Source: Mizuhopecten yessoensis (Eukaryota). From it: a stretch of 64,000 nt of DNA. The DNA is taken from positions 812,713 to 876,712 of the forward strand of contig NW_018406874.1 of NCBI RefSeq assembly GCF_002113885.1, read 5' to 3'. Below are positions 51,181-64,000 of this stretch, in pieces (within the stretch, counting starts at the first letter, position 1; every line of letters starts with the position of its first letter). Under the pieces are notes generated by a model. It searched no databases and had not been told where the DNA came from. It saw only the letters and a list, made by a program, of their open reading frames with translations. The position numbers and the translations under genes were made by a program.

Positions 51181-52499
51181 CCCCCAGCATAATACTTTAA
51201 ATAAGATAACTGAGGGGTGTACATATTGTACGACTGCCTTTGGTCTGTGTATCTATACAGTCTCAAAGTTTACAGACAGTATTTAGGATTTCTAATGAAT
51301 AATCCTATTGATACATAAAACCCTCAGAATAATGTATTTTAACTCATCAAAAGTTTCTCATCTTCATTGATTTAACATTAAATTTGTAATTGAATATTAA
51401 AACTTACTACAAACTAAAAAATAAATCGTAAGATTTAATGCATATAACTAGCAATTTACTAGATTTTTTTTTCTTCCAATGGTATCTTTTAAATTAAGCA
51501 TATATATCCTAATTTCAAATTTGACTTAAGTCATATCTGATTTGAGTAAATATCAGTATAAAAGCTTTTTCTTTCATTCCATTAAATGGTTATCTAGTCA
51601 ATCTAGGGGTAATGTTGGTATAATATACTGCTAAAAGTGTGTAGAGTGAAACGTGGGAAGATATTAAATGTATATATATATAGAGACACAGGCTTTTAAA
51701 TGATTGTGAAATAAGGTAGCCATAGGCAATGTTGTCTTATAGTATTTATTTCTTTTAAGTATCGCATACAACGCATTGCAAAACATTTCCAGTTTATAGA
51801 AGTAACACATTTCAATACTACTTATGTTGTACATAATATATACCTCAAATTATTTCTTACAAAACCAGATTTTAATTTTTGTATTGTTGCATGACAAGGC
51901 TTAATTTGGTCTCACATTTGGTCTCTGATAGTGCCTCCTATTTAAAGCCCAGTGTCTCTGACATTGACTGAATAACCAGGTTTTTGTTGATTTTGGACCA
52001 TGGTTTTTGAAGAAATTAAAGGTGGCATGGAGTTACAATATTCAGGATTGTGAAATCGGGGTATTCTCTATAAGTGTAATTGGGTTGTAATTAGTTTACT
52101 TCTGTGACAGGAATTTAATCAGTAACTGGACAGAAGATTCTAGACTCTATCCAGGCACTGTTAAACCTGATCAACATACTTATGTATAGTTGTTTCATCT
52201 TGTGACTGTTAAATTGTACAGATCAGAAAAGATAATTATATAATTCAAGGCTATATATTCAAGGAAAGGAAATCGTTGGGAAGCTTTCTGACTTGTTTAC
52301 AGCTGAGGCACTAACATAAATGACAATTACTTCTGACATGTAAAGTATAGATTTATGCTTTTCAGATCAAAGGACTGTGAATTTTATTTATTTATATTTA
52401 TTATATGCTGTAAATAATAAAATATTTCTTTGTCATGTAAAGTTTTTCCTAATGCAGGTGTTGTTTCCATATTCATGGTCCATCTGCATGAACTCTAGG

Positions 52500-54560
52500 T
52501 AATTTCTGATTCATACAGGGATTGTCCCAGTGTGATTTCTGATTCATACAGGAGTTGTCCCAGTGTGATTCCTGATTCATAAGGGAGTTGTCCCAGCGTG
52601 ATTCCTAATTCATACAGGAGTTGTCCCAGCGTGATTCCTAATTCATACAGGAGTTGTCCCAGCGTGATTCCTAATTCATACAGGAGTTGTCCCAGTGTGA
52701 TTTCTGATTCATACAGGAGTTGTCCCAGTGTGATGCCTGAATCATACAGGGGTTGTCCCAGTGTGCTTCCTGATTCATACAGGGAATGTTACATGGTGAT
52801 TCCTGATTCATACAGGGGTTGTCCCAGTGTGATTCCTGATTCATACAGGGATTGTCCCAGTGTGATTCCTTATTCATACAGGGGTTGTCTTAGTGTGATG
52901 CCTGATTCATACAGGGGTTGTCCCAGGGTGATGCCTGATTCAAACAGGGATTGTCCCAGTGTGATTCCTGATTCATACAGGGGTTGTCCCAGGGGGAAGC
53001 CTGATTCATACAGGGAATGTTACATGGTGATTCCTGATTCAAACAGGGGTTGTCCCAGTGTGATTCCTGATTCATACAGGGATTGTCCCAGGGTGATTCC
53101 TGATTCATACAGGGGTTGTCCCAGTGTGATGCCTGATTCATACATGGGTTTTCCCAGGGTGATTCCTGATTCATACAGGGGTTGTCCAAGGGTGCTTCCT
53201 GATTCAAACAGGGGTTGTCTTAGTGTGATGCCTGATTCATACAGGGGTTGTCCCAGGGTGATGCCTGATTCATACAGGGATTGTCCCAGTGTGATTCCTG
53301 ATTCATACAGGGATTGTCCCAGGGTGATTCCTGATTCATACAGGGATTGTCCCAGTGTGATGCCTGAATCATACATGGGTTGTCCCAGTATGCTTCCTGA
53401 TTCATACAGGGAATGTTACATGGTGATTCCTAGTTCATACAGGGTTTGTCCCAGTGTGATTCTTTATTCAAATAGGGGTTGTCCCAGTTGTCCCAGTGTG
53501 ATGCCTTATTCAAACAGGGGTTGCCCAGGGTGCTTCCTGATTCATACAGGAGTTGTCCCAGTGTGATTCTTGATTCATACAGGAGTTGTCCCAGTGTGAT
53601 TCCTGCTTCATGCAGGATTTGTCCCAGTGTGATTCCTAATCCCTGCAGAGTTGTCCCAGTGTGATTCCTGATTCCTACAGGAGTTGTCCCAGTGTGATTA
53701 CTGATTCATACAGGAGTTGTCCCATCGTGATTCCTAATTCATACAGGAGTTGTCCCAGCGTGATTCCTGCTTCATGCAGGAGTTGTCCCAGTGTGATTAC
53801 TGCTTCATGCAGGAGTTGTCCCAGTGTGATTACTGATTCATACAGGAGTTGTCCCATCGTGATTCCTAATTCATACAGGAGTTGTCCCAGCGTGATTCCT
53901 AATTCATACAGGAGTTGTCCCAGTGTGATTTCTGATTCATACAGGAGTTGTCCCAGTGTGATTCCTAATTCCTGCAGAGTTGTCCCAGTGTGATTCCTGA
54001 TTCATACAGGAGTTGTCCCAGTATGATTCCTTATTCATACAGTAGTTGTCCCAGTGTGATTCCTAATTAATACAGGAGTTGTCCCAGCGTGATTCCTAAT
54101 TCATACAGGAGTTGCCCCAGAGAGATTCCTAATTCATACAGGAGTGGTCCCAGGGTGATTCCTAATTCATACAGGAGTTGTCCCAGGGTGATTCCTAATT
54201 CATACAGGAGTTGGCCCAGTGTGATTTCTGATTCATACAGGGGTTGTCCCAGTGTGATTCCTAATACATACATGAGTTGTCCCAGTGTGATTCCTGATTC
54301 ATGCAGGAGTTGTCCCAGTGTGATTCCTTATTCATACAGGAGTTGTCCCAGTGTGATTCCTAATTCATACAGGAGTTGTCCCAGTATGATTCCTTATTCA
54401 TACAGGAGTTGTCCCAGTGTGATTCCTAATTCATACAGGAGTTGTCCCAGCGTGATTCCTGATTCATACAGGGGTTGTCCCAGTGTGATTTCTGATTCAT
54501 ACAGGAGTTGTCCCAGCGTGATTCCTAATTCATACAGGAGTTGTCCCAGTGTGATTCCTT
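52500..54560. repeat. 33-bp minisatellite, about 62 diverged copies
   Basis: Unit GATTCCTGATTCATACAGG(G/A)GTTGTCCCAGTGT. It produces the 11-aa periodic ORFs. Confidence 0.95.
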
Positions 54561-54851
54561 GTACTTTATTTGTGACCACCTTTCTGTGTATGAAAGGACA
54601 TTTTAGAAAAGCTGCAACATAACTACCATATGGCAATACTCATGATCAAACAATATGTTGGATAGGACAAGTAATCTGATTGTCCCAAAGCATGGCCCCT
54701 TAGGCTAACTAAGGAACAATCACGATATTAAAAGTGATTATAAAAAATAAAAGCATTTTTTTTATTATAATGAATCTTTGTTATTATCCGTTTGCTTGGA
54801 GCTCTATATCAGGATATTGATATTGCACTGGGGAATCATGCTGTTTTGATA

Positions 54852-54995
54852 AACTACTGACATGGATAGACCAGAGGATGTAGGGTAACACACCTGGATA
54901 CACAATATCCTCAAACTACTGACATGGATAGACTAGAGGATGTAGGGTAATACACCTGGATACACAATATCCTCAAACTACTGACATGGATAGAC
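54852..54995. repeat. 62-bp tandem repeat running into assembly gap 54996-55595
   Basis: Unit AAACTACTGACATGGATAGAC.AGAGGATGTAGGGTAA.ACACCTGGATACACAATATCCTC. Confidence 0.9.
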
Positions 54996-55595
54996 NNNNN
55001 NNNNNNNNNNNNNNNNNNNNNNNNNNNNNNNNNNNNNNNNNNNNNNNNNNNNNNNNNNNNNNNNNNNNNNNNNNNNNNNNNNNNNNNNNNNNNNNNNNNN
55101 NNNNNNNNNNNNNNNNNNNNNNNNNNNNNNNNNNNNNNNNNNNNNNNNNNNNNNNNNNNNNNNNNNNNNNNNNNNNNNNNNNNNNNNNNNNNNNNNNNNN
55201 NNNNNNNNNNNNNNNNNNNNNNNNNNNNNNNNNNNNNNNNNNNNNNNNNNNNNNNNNNNNNNNNNNNNNNNNNNNNNNNNNNNNNNNNNNNNNNNNNNNN
55301 NNNNNNNNNNNNNNNNNNNNNNNNNNNNNNNNNNNNNNNNNNNNNNNNNNNNNNNNNNNNNNNNNNNNNNNNNNNNNNNNNNNNNNNNNNNNNNNNNNNN
55401 NNNNNNNNNNNNNNNNNNNNNNNNNNNNNNNNNNNNNNNNNNNNNNNNNNNNNNNNNNNNNNNNNNNNNNNNNNNNNNNNNNNNNNNNNNNNNNNNNNNN
55501 NNNNNNNNNNNNNNNNNNNNNNNNNNNNNNNNNNNNNNNNNNNNNNNNNNNNNNNNNNNNNNNNNNNNNNNNNNNNNNNNNNNNNNNNNNNNNNN

Positions 55596-55935
55596 GGCAG
55601 GATTCTAAAATCCTCAATCTGCCGTGGTAGTACTTTGATAAGACTGCAGGCAGGATTCTAAAATCCTCAATCTGCCGTGGTAGTACTTTGATAAGACTGC
55701 AGGCAGGATTCTAAAATCCTCAATCTGCCGTGGTAGTACTTTGATAAGACTGCAGGCAGGATTCTAAAATCCTCAATCTGCCGTGGTAGTACTTTGATAA
55801 GACTGCAGGCAGGATTCTAAAATCCTCAATCTGCCGTGGTAGTACTTTGATAAGACTGCAGGCAGGATTCTAAAATCCTCAATCTGCCGTGGTAGTACTT
55901 TGATAAGACTGCAGGCAGGATTCTAAAATCCTCAA
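55596..55935. repeat. 53-bp perfect tandem repeat, more than 6 copies, emerging from the gap
   Basis: Unit GGCAGGATTCTAAAATCCTCAATCTGCCGTGGTAGTACTTTGATAAGACTGCA. Confidence 0.95.
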
Positions 55936-56766
55936 CAATTATTTGATATTAGATATATTAACATCAATATTCTGTTGCTTGTTTTATTCCTGTGCAAAAT
56001 TAAAGTACACAATATACTATCAGTAATTACAAACAATTTATTAGTCTGCACCATATGTTGATAATGCTACCTGACGTCTGTTTACTGGATTTGAAGGGTC
56101 CTCTGTATCTGTAATTATCATGCACCTAACAGACATGATGCTGGAAGCACATTGTACAGATATGTCAGTTGATAAATCACAGAAATTAGACTATATTTTC
56201 AATAATATCAATGGAAGCTCATATGAATGATAACAGTAAGATTGAATATGTTTTCAACAAGTCATCACACAATGTTTGACCCAGAATGTACAGGAACCAC
56301 TGCCTGCATTCTGCTTTGTTTTTGTTGAAATAGACTTAACTTAAGGTAGTTGTTGTTATTTGGTTGAGGATGGTTGTGGATGTTTAACATAGCCAGGTAA
56401 CTGACCCAGGTATCATATATACAACTTAAAGTAGTTGTTATTTGGTTGGGGATGGTAGTGGATGATTTAACATAGCCAGGTATCTGACCCAGGTATCATA
56501 TATACAACTTAAGGTTCTCGTTGTTATTTGGTTGGGGATGGTAGTGGATGATTTAACATAGTCGGGTAACTGGTCCAGGTATCATATATACAACTTAAGG
56601 TAGTTGTTGTTATTTGGTTGGGGATGGTAGTGGATGATTTAACATAGCCAGGTAACTGACCCAGGTATCATATATACAACTTAAGGTTCTTGTTGTTATT
56701 TGGTTGGGGATGGTAGTGGATGATTTAACATAGCCAGGTATCTGACCCAGGTATCATAAAAACAAT

Positions 56767-58773
56767 TCAACTCTTTCCGTACCACAAATCTGGTCCGGAT
56801 TCTGTACCGGATGTCCTTACCAGACTCACCGCCGCGCAAATAACAAAATGGCAGATTATTAATGTTCTTTTTAGACGAGGTCTAATTGCTGCAAGAATTA
56901 AATAGGTAACCGTGAACAAATATTGTTATAAGGGCCCTGTATCAGAGATACGGGTGCCCTATAGTAATCACTGTCTGTCTGTCTGACTGTCTGTCTGTCC
57001 ACAAATTTTGTTCTTGGCTGATAACTTTGGTATTTATTGACCGATGTACATAAAACTTGGTCAAGATGTTCAGTTCACAAAAATACACATTGAGATAAAA
57101 AGTCAAGGTCAAAGGTCAAGGTCATCAGGTTCTAAGGTCAAGGTCAAATTTTACATATTTTCACTGATAAACATTTGCTTATGATGTTATGGAGCAAAGT
57201 TGATCAGAATTGAACAAGAAGTCAACCGACTAAAGGTCAATGTCATCGGGTCAGGGGTCAAGGTCAAATTTTGTAGCTTTTCACTGGTGAACATTTCGCT
57301 ATGACATTATGAAGCAAAGTTGTTCGGAATTAAACAAAGAGACACACTGAGTTAAAAAGTGGAGGTCAAAGGTCAAGGTTATTAGATTCAAAAGTCAAGG
57401 TCAAATTTTGCATCTTTTCACTGATGAACATTTTGTTATGACACGATGAAGCAAAGTTGATCAGAATTAAACAAGGAGTCAACTGACCAAAGGTCTGGGT
57501 CAAAGGTCAAAGTTAAATTTTGTATCTTTTCACTGGTGAACATTTGGCTATGTTACTTTGAAGCAATGTTGCTTAGAATTAAACAAGGAGTCAATAGACC
57601 AAAGGTCAAGGTCACTGGGTCAATGGTGAAGGTTAAATTTTGTACGTTTTCCCTGATGAACATTTTGTTATGACATTATGAAGCAATGTTGTTCAGAACT
57701 TAACACAGAGTCAACTGACCTTAGGTCCAGGTTATGGGGTCCAAAGGGTCAAGGTCAATTTTTGTATTTTTCACTGATAAACATTTTGTTATGATATTAA
57801 GAAGCAAAGTTGGTCAGAATTAAAGAATAAGTCATCTGATCAAAGATCAGGGTCACTGGGTTAATGGTCAAGTTCATTTGGGTCCAAAGGTCAAAGACAA
57901 AGTGGATCTCTGGCTTTGACCCTGGCTCTTGATGGAGGAGGTATATAAGGTGAAATAAAACAAATCAAAGCTAACAAATGAGTATTGTACCGGTATTTAC
58001 ATTTCTGTTAGTCCAGCAAATATGGAGGTGGAAGGAAACAAGACTCACATCATAGTACATGAAGTCCAAATGTCAAATGTCAAGCTCAGCTATATGGGCA
58101 GATTGCTTCTTGATGACTATGGGGGATATATTGCCACAAGACGGGGCCCTTACTGACCTGTCAGTGTTCTAGTTGTTTAAGTTATTGTTTTTAGACACAC
58201 ACATCTTCATTTTCGCAGCATAATGACTTACTGGCAGCTAATTATGACTGAGAAATTGACATCTGTTTGGCAACAAAAGATATGAAACTTTGTTTTCAAT
58301 ACAGCGTTGTAGTGCAGGGTCCTAATATAGATTGATTATTGTTTACGAATGTGAAAGTTGTTAGGTTTTCTTTCTAATTACAAGTAGATTTCATTAAGAC
58401 TTATATTAATATTCATATTTACTTCCATAAATCTAAATAAATATTTGGTGATGAATTTACGAGTGTTCATATCAAATTAAGTTGCCGCCATATTGTTTAT
58501 ATTTGAATCACCAAACGCAAACATCTGGGGCAGATTCGAAAACAGTAGGTCACAAAATATAAATTGTGTACTCTGCATCTATAAAACTATTTCTTTTCAA
58601 CTGATGGGTGCTGATTTTAGCGACACATAATTGTATTACGCAATTGTCGTGTGGGATAACCAGCTAAACATAATACAAGTTACACCAAAGTCTGTTGTCG
58701 TCTGTACACAACAACGGGGACCAGGATGACATCTTGTTGTCGTGTGTACACAACAACGGTACAAAAGAGTTAA
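56767..58773. mobile_element. TTAA-targeting (piggyBac-like) non-autonomous DNA transposon
   Basis: TIRs (TCAA)CTCTTTCCGTACC / GGTACAAAAGAG(TTAA), inserted at the TTAA of the 86-bp repeat unit. Subterminal inverted repeats TGTTGTCGT..GTACACAACAACGG. Confidence 0.7.
56922..58174 (-). mobile_element. HINE/Helentron-like element with ~120-bp central tandem repeats, nested in the TTAA element
   Basis: Hairpin TATAAGGGCCCTGTATC..GATACGGGTGCCCTATA, (CTGT)n microsatellite, about 6-7 GGTCAAGGTCAAATTTT-containing repeats and a TTCTAGTT terminus. Confidence 0.8.
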
Positions 58774-61700
58774 GTTTCTTGTTGTTATTTGGTTGGGGAT
58801 NATAACGGTACAAAAGAGTTAAGTTTCTTGTTGTTATTTGGTTGGGGATGGTAGTGGATGATTTAACATAGCCAGGTTACTGACCCAGGTATCATATATA
58901 CAACTTAAGGTAGTTGTTGTTATTTGGTTGGGGATATGGTAGTGGATGATTTAACATAGCCAGGTATCTGACCAAGGTATGGGCCTGATCAATAGATCAC
59001 CTGTGGTATGTACATATACCTGCTGCACACTACATAGACGGCACATGGTAACACATAAGAGGGTGTTGTATAACACTATTTATTGCTGACTAGATCGAAC
59101 AGTATCAAGGACATGCTTGACCTCAAAATCTGTCCGTGAGTTATAAGGATATCATACAAGCTGAATATCATTTTGGACAGATTTAACTTGGTGATATTTG
59201 TCATTGTTAATCTATTAAATCTCACCATTTCTTATGTTTGGGTTATTTCCATTATCCCATGTAATGATGAATCTTTAGAACCAACGTTCAGGACTGGTTA
59301 TATATATAATTAAGGGGGTAAGAGGATCACATATATAATTTTGTACAATGAAACCTCTAATCTAGATATAACTACATGTCAGATTCAACTCACAAATAAA
59401 AACAGAATTGATATATCTTTAATTTTAATAACAGCTAAAGGCTTAAAGATGTCTGTGTTTCTAGTATCACTTTGTTTTAATGTCTACCCTGCTTGCTCCA
59501 ACAAGTACTGCTTAACAAAGTCAGTTTATATAATGTAAAAAGAAAAGTATGAAAGAAATAACCTTTACCTTATTTCCATGGTTTTTTTCAAAACTGTTAC
59601 CTGAAACATTAATATATATCTAGTTTTTGGTCTATAAGGAAGGCAATTGTTTCTGGATTTTTTTTTGTATTTCAAGTGATAATAGGCGCAGGGAAAAGAA
59701 AATAAGTTAGGAATTTAAAGATGGATACATTTTATCTGTCTGATTCATTGAAGACAATCAATTGATATGTGTTATCGTACATCTGTTCAGTGAGAGACCT
59801 TGATCTGGGTGGTAGAGAAAGGTGTGATGGCATACATAATTATAAATCAAATGTTACGTCTAATGTTGACATTGTAACCGTGCTGAATGTTAGATGTCAT
59901 ATAATATTTCTGCTGTGTCTTGAAGAAAAAAATCCAGCAAAGGAATTAATGTTTTTGTTAAAGACTTCTAAGTTGTCTACTTATTCTGCTATTTGTTGTC
60001 TTGCCAATGTGAAGTGAAGTCAGCATACAGGGATCATTCTGTTGTTGTCAGCATCCAATCAAAAGTTTTTAGAGAAGTCTTGAATGAATGCTTTGATTTT
60101 TATAAAACTTGAAGTTTCCATCCAATACTTAAAAGTATCAATTCATTACCCGGTACTCAGGTTTGATTTTGAGCTGAATTTGAAATTCAGTGTGGCTGCG
60201 AGTGGCCATCTTGGATATTTTTTGTGATATACATCAAAATAAAATGCCCTGTTTTTACAGTTTCAATTCCCACAGCAAGCTTGATATCAATTCAAATCAA
60301 AAATTCAATATGGCTGCTAGTTGCAATCTTGAATTTTGTACAGATGTATGTTCCCAAACATTTTTTTCTAAAATAAGTTATTGGATTTTAATGAAACTTG
60401 TCTGGTATACTGTCCACCCAAGTCAATCACACAAGCTGTATTCCTGGCTCTATTTGTGAATAGTTAAGCGGTTTCTGTAATCTGATTGGCTGATCGTTTT
60501 TGGATGACATCTTCTAAAGGAATAATCAGATTTTCATAAAACTTGCCTGTCGTACTTTTCATTCATGTTTGTTACTCAAGGTTGATTCTCAGGCAAATTC
60601 ACTCAGATTTTATGATACTGCTGTGATCTGATTGGCTGATGGATTCTAGATGAATTTGATATTGTTTAAATAGTTTACTGTAATTGGTTTAGAAGGTTAA
60701 ACAGGTCTTACACCACTGTTAAATAGGTTTTGAAGCCAACTCAGACTCAACTGTTATACGAAGCAAACACTTGGCTAGCGAAGATGATTTCAAACTGGAC
60801 CACAATCTATATCAGGAAAAATGTATAGGTTAAATATATCTGCTGTGGATTAAAACAAAAAATCACCTACGTGTTGACTTGCTGGGTGTCAATGAAAACC
60901 AACATGTAACACTTTTCATATTTTCAAATTAAAATAGCAAAGACTAAAACATCCTTATTTATCAATTTTCATTTTGTTTTAGATGTTGTATTGTAGAAGA
61001 TGCAAGATGAAAATTTGGTGACTTTTTTTAAAAAAATATGAAAATTTCAAAAACATTTTGGGGAAAAAATACCACTATAATCCATTGAAAAGAGTGCCAC
61101 ATTTTAGTCCCAAAATGTCTAGTCACTGTACATTTTTATGCAATTCATGATTTGAAGTCTTTCAACAGAAACAAAACTTAATTTACATTATTATGATAAA
61201 GTACAAAAACCAATATTGGGCCTTTTACATTTGATTGTTGAGCAGCAATTGTATAACCATGATAATCATAATTGCCAATTCAAAGTTATGTACCTAAAAT
61301 ACACATATTTGCTAAGTTGACAGTGTGCAGGTAAACTAATTGTACGTTTAGTAAATTGATAGTCTCCCTTACAATAACCACACACAATTTACATAACATC
61401 TACATAATGTTACCGTGCACGACTAATTATAAACACAAGTAAAATGTAGTTTGCAAGTATGACAACAATTGACTCGAATATCTGCAGTTCTTCAGGAATA
61501 ACCATTCGCTGACGTGAGTACAATTGACAATGAAAAATTAAACACAACAGCCTATAACAAGACTCCACTCCACTCCAGCCAATAATGCTACTGCAGGGAC
61601 AAGGGAGGGAGGGTTTGCAAAAAAGGCGAGACTGCATGGCCTACAAATTAAAACTGCTTGCACAGAAGCTTTCCATGTGCGACGTACATGTGCATCGGAA

Positions 61701-62512
61701 CTGATGACGTCATGGAAATTGCGATTAAAGCTGGGAAATGCTGAGTTTCGTAAAAATAAATTTATACTGAATTAACTCATTATTGTGTACATGGCAGTCT
61801 ATTTTAAGTATTTCTACAAAGTTTGGATTTACTATAAATATTGATTTTTCAGTTGAATTAAAAATTGTTGTTTCTGAATATTGTGATGGAAAGGTTTTCA
61901 TATTCATTGTACACACTGTTACACCTGAGCTGGCATTAAATTATAAACGCCACTACACCTCAGAGCACTGACCATTTGTACTTACAAGAATTTGTCAGGT
62001 GGCCAGCTGGCCTTTCAGACAGGGAATGAGATTTAATTGTAACCAGTGGGCCAGATTTACTTTTAGAACGGGTTTGTGACGTCTTTTAAATATTGTCCAA
62101 TTGGTATTCTCAAATACACTAAAAAAACATCATAACCAGACAATTAGACTCATTATAAAATATTTGTCCTAAGTGTAAGTCAATTCATTTCACTCATTCA
62201 ATTGGATAAATTAAATAGAAAATAGTGACAGAAGGTGTTAACCCATGAAAGGTCAGGTTTATCATGTTTACAAAACTGATCCCTGCCTAAATTTCAAAGA
62301 AATATTTGCTAGATTTATGAAGGTTACTTTTTGCCTTGAAATCCTTTTTTAATGGACGGCTTATGTATAGAAATATGTTAATATAGAGGTGTCTTTTTAT
62401 ACTTTATAGTCTGCCTAGGGTTTGAGCTTCTGTGTCGCCTAATCTTCATTAATTGCCTGGGTAATGCTACCTTGTTGGTGTATTGAAGGTCTAAAACACA
62501 GGCTTCTTTGCA

Positions 62513-62717
62513 GGAACATTGCCAATGATTCCTAGCCATTATAAAGGGGTGGTTTACTGTAGAGGAACATTGCCAATGATTCCTAGCCATTATGTAGGGG
62601 TGTTTTACTGTAGAGGAACATTGCCAATGATTCCTAGCCATTATATAGGGGTGGTTTTACTGTAGAGGAACATTGCCAATGATTCCTAGCCATTATATAG
62701 GGGTGGTTTACTGTAGA
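62513..62717. repeat. 51-bp tandem repeat, about 4 copies
   Basis: Unit GGAACATTGCCAATGATTCCTAGCCATTATA.AGGGGTGGTTTACTGTAGA. Confidence 0.92.
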
Positions 62718-64000
62718 CGAAGGTTCAAAACCTTTGACCATAAATATTTGTAGAGATATAGATAGAAAAAAATATCCAAAATAATTGCACTTTAAAGAAG
62801 TTATTATGTTGTTATCAGACCTAAAGTGACAGCGGGATTACTCATGCTTAATGTAATGCACTTATTAGCCTTGGGATTATATTTATCAGCTATTTTCAGA
62901 AAGTATTGATTTCATTGAAGAGCCGTTTTCAGAAAGTACTACTTTCAAATGTGAAAAAAAATAAAATTTGTTGATCGTTTTGCTACAATACAGATAAAGG
63001 ATGTGAACGGGACATTTTGTGGTTGTCAAAGAACTTCTATTTAGTTATCAGAAAAATGTGAAACTTTGACTGGTGTCAGTGGTTTAAAGTTACACCATTG
63101 TATGGTACGGTGTAAGGCCATTAGTGGTGAAGGATTAATGGGAATTATTACATCATCAGATAAAACCTATCTAATAGAAATCAATTATAGCACTCGGCCT
63201 GATAAGTAAGTTTTTAGTGACCCTCTTTGTGATGTAATATCAGATGTATTTTACAAAACTCTAGTCAAATCACCCTTTTAAAGCCAGAGATATAGGCAAC
63301 AATATTCTGGGCAGGAAAATAGTCTGTTTAAAAACCTGTACCAAGACTCACAAAAACACACAAGGACACATGGGAACTTCACTTGTTTTCCAGAGCCCAT
63401 ATTCATGGAACAGTTTTTATGCCTGAAGTCAGATTCTGTGCTCAAGCCCAGTTTATATTCAGATTTTGTCAATGATATTGAAGTATTGAAGAGAGCCTTC
63501 AAGCTAAATACCATTTTAGAGGTTTACATCTGACATTTTGATTGCGTCATAAGAAAGTTGGTTTGAGCACAGAATCCATACTTGAGCATGAGAATGGTTT
63601 CATGAATACAGGCTGTTAAGGTGAACACAACACAGGTTTACTTTTTTGAAAATCTTCTTTTTTTTTTTTTTTACAGAAAGATAAAATAGAATGACATAGA
63701 ACCTTTGGTATTGGTGGCTGAATAAACTCGGGGATAAATAAGGTTTTGTTTGAAACAAATATCGGATCATTGTGTTATCACTATGTAGATTTATGAATGA
63801 AACTGGATGAGGTGTAATTTTATCTCTGTTGATTAAAATGGACATTTTTAGTACAAATTGAAGAAGTTCAAGACATTATTTCACGACTTTAGGAGTGTTT
63901 TGTCCACACATCAGTGTCATCTTTGATTGGTAACAAACATTTACATGATATAAATCATGGTTAGAAACATCTTGCATGATATAAATCATGGTAAGATTTG

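Larger units (their letters stand above)
56336..58980. repeat. ~86-bp tandem array interrupted by nested transposons
   Basis: Unit CAACTTAAGGTAGTTGTTGTTATTTGGTTGGGGATGGTAGTGGATGATTTAACATAGCCAGGTAACTGACCCAGGTATCATATATA at 56336-56765, resuming at about 58770-58980. Confidence 0.9.

Noticed and set aside
50288-54636. Many overlapping Cys/Pro-rich ORFs (e.g. 52598-53566, 322 aa)
   Set aside because: They are products of 29/37-bp and 33-bp minisatellites. They open in several frames and strands and are broken by indels.
54973-55630. 214-aa ORFs of X residues (also 12241-12542)
   Set aside because: They span assembly gaps (N runs).
58755-58850. Duplicated right end of the TTAA element
   Set aside because: The two copies are separated by a single N at 58801, typical of an unmerged contig overlap.

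Overview
Eukaryotic, AT-rich, intron-rich genomic DNA. The transposon repertoire (V-SINE-like SINE, HINE/Helentron-like elements with central repeats, RTE-X/CR1-like LINEs) suggests a bivalve mollusc; this is an inference. Splicing exons by hand (GT-AG, phases checked) gives four complete genes and one partial gene: FBXO22 (-, 417 aa); a head-to-head CCDC192-like coiled-coil gene (+, 453 aa); a bacterial-GlpO/LhgO-like FAD oxidoreductase (+, 414 aa); RBM8A/Y14 (-, 166 aa); and the first two exons of a secreted or membrane Cys-rich (GCC2/GCC3-like) protein gene whose next exon I could not find. The rest is LINE fragments, MITEs, a SINE, many minisatellites and two assembly gaps. The most unusual signal is tandem amplification of exon-intron junctions in the oxidoreductase gene. 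The exon-2 splice acceptor occurs in 29 tandem copies, and only the last gives protein by simple splicing. Older, decayed arrays of the exon-5 and exon-6 donor junctions follow those exons. Most long ORFs in the supplied track (47.9-54.6 kb) are artefacts of tandem repeats.
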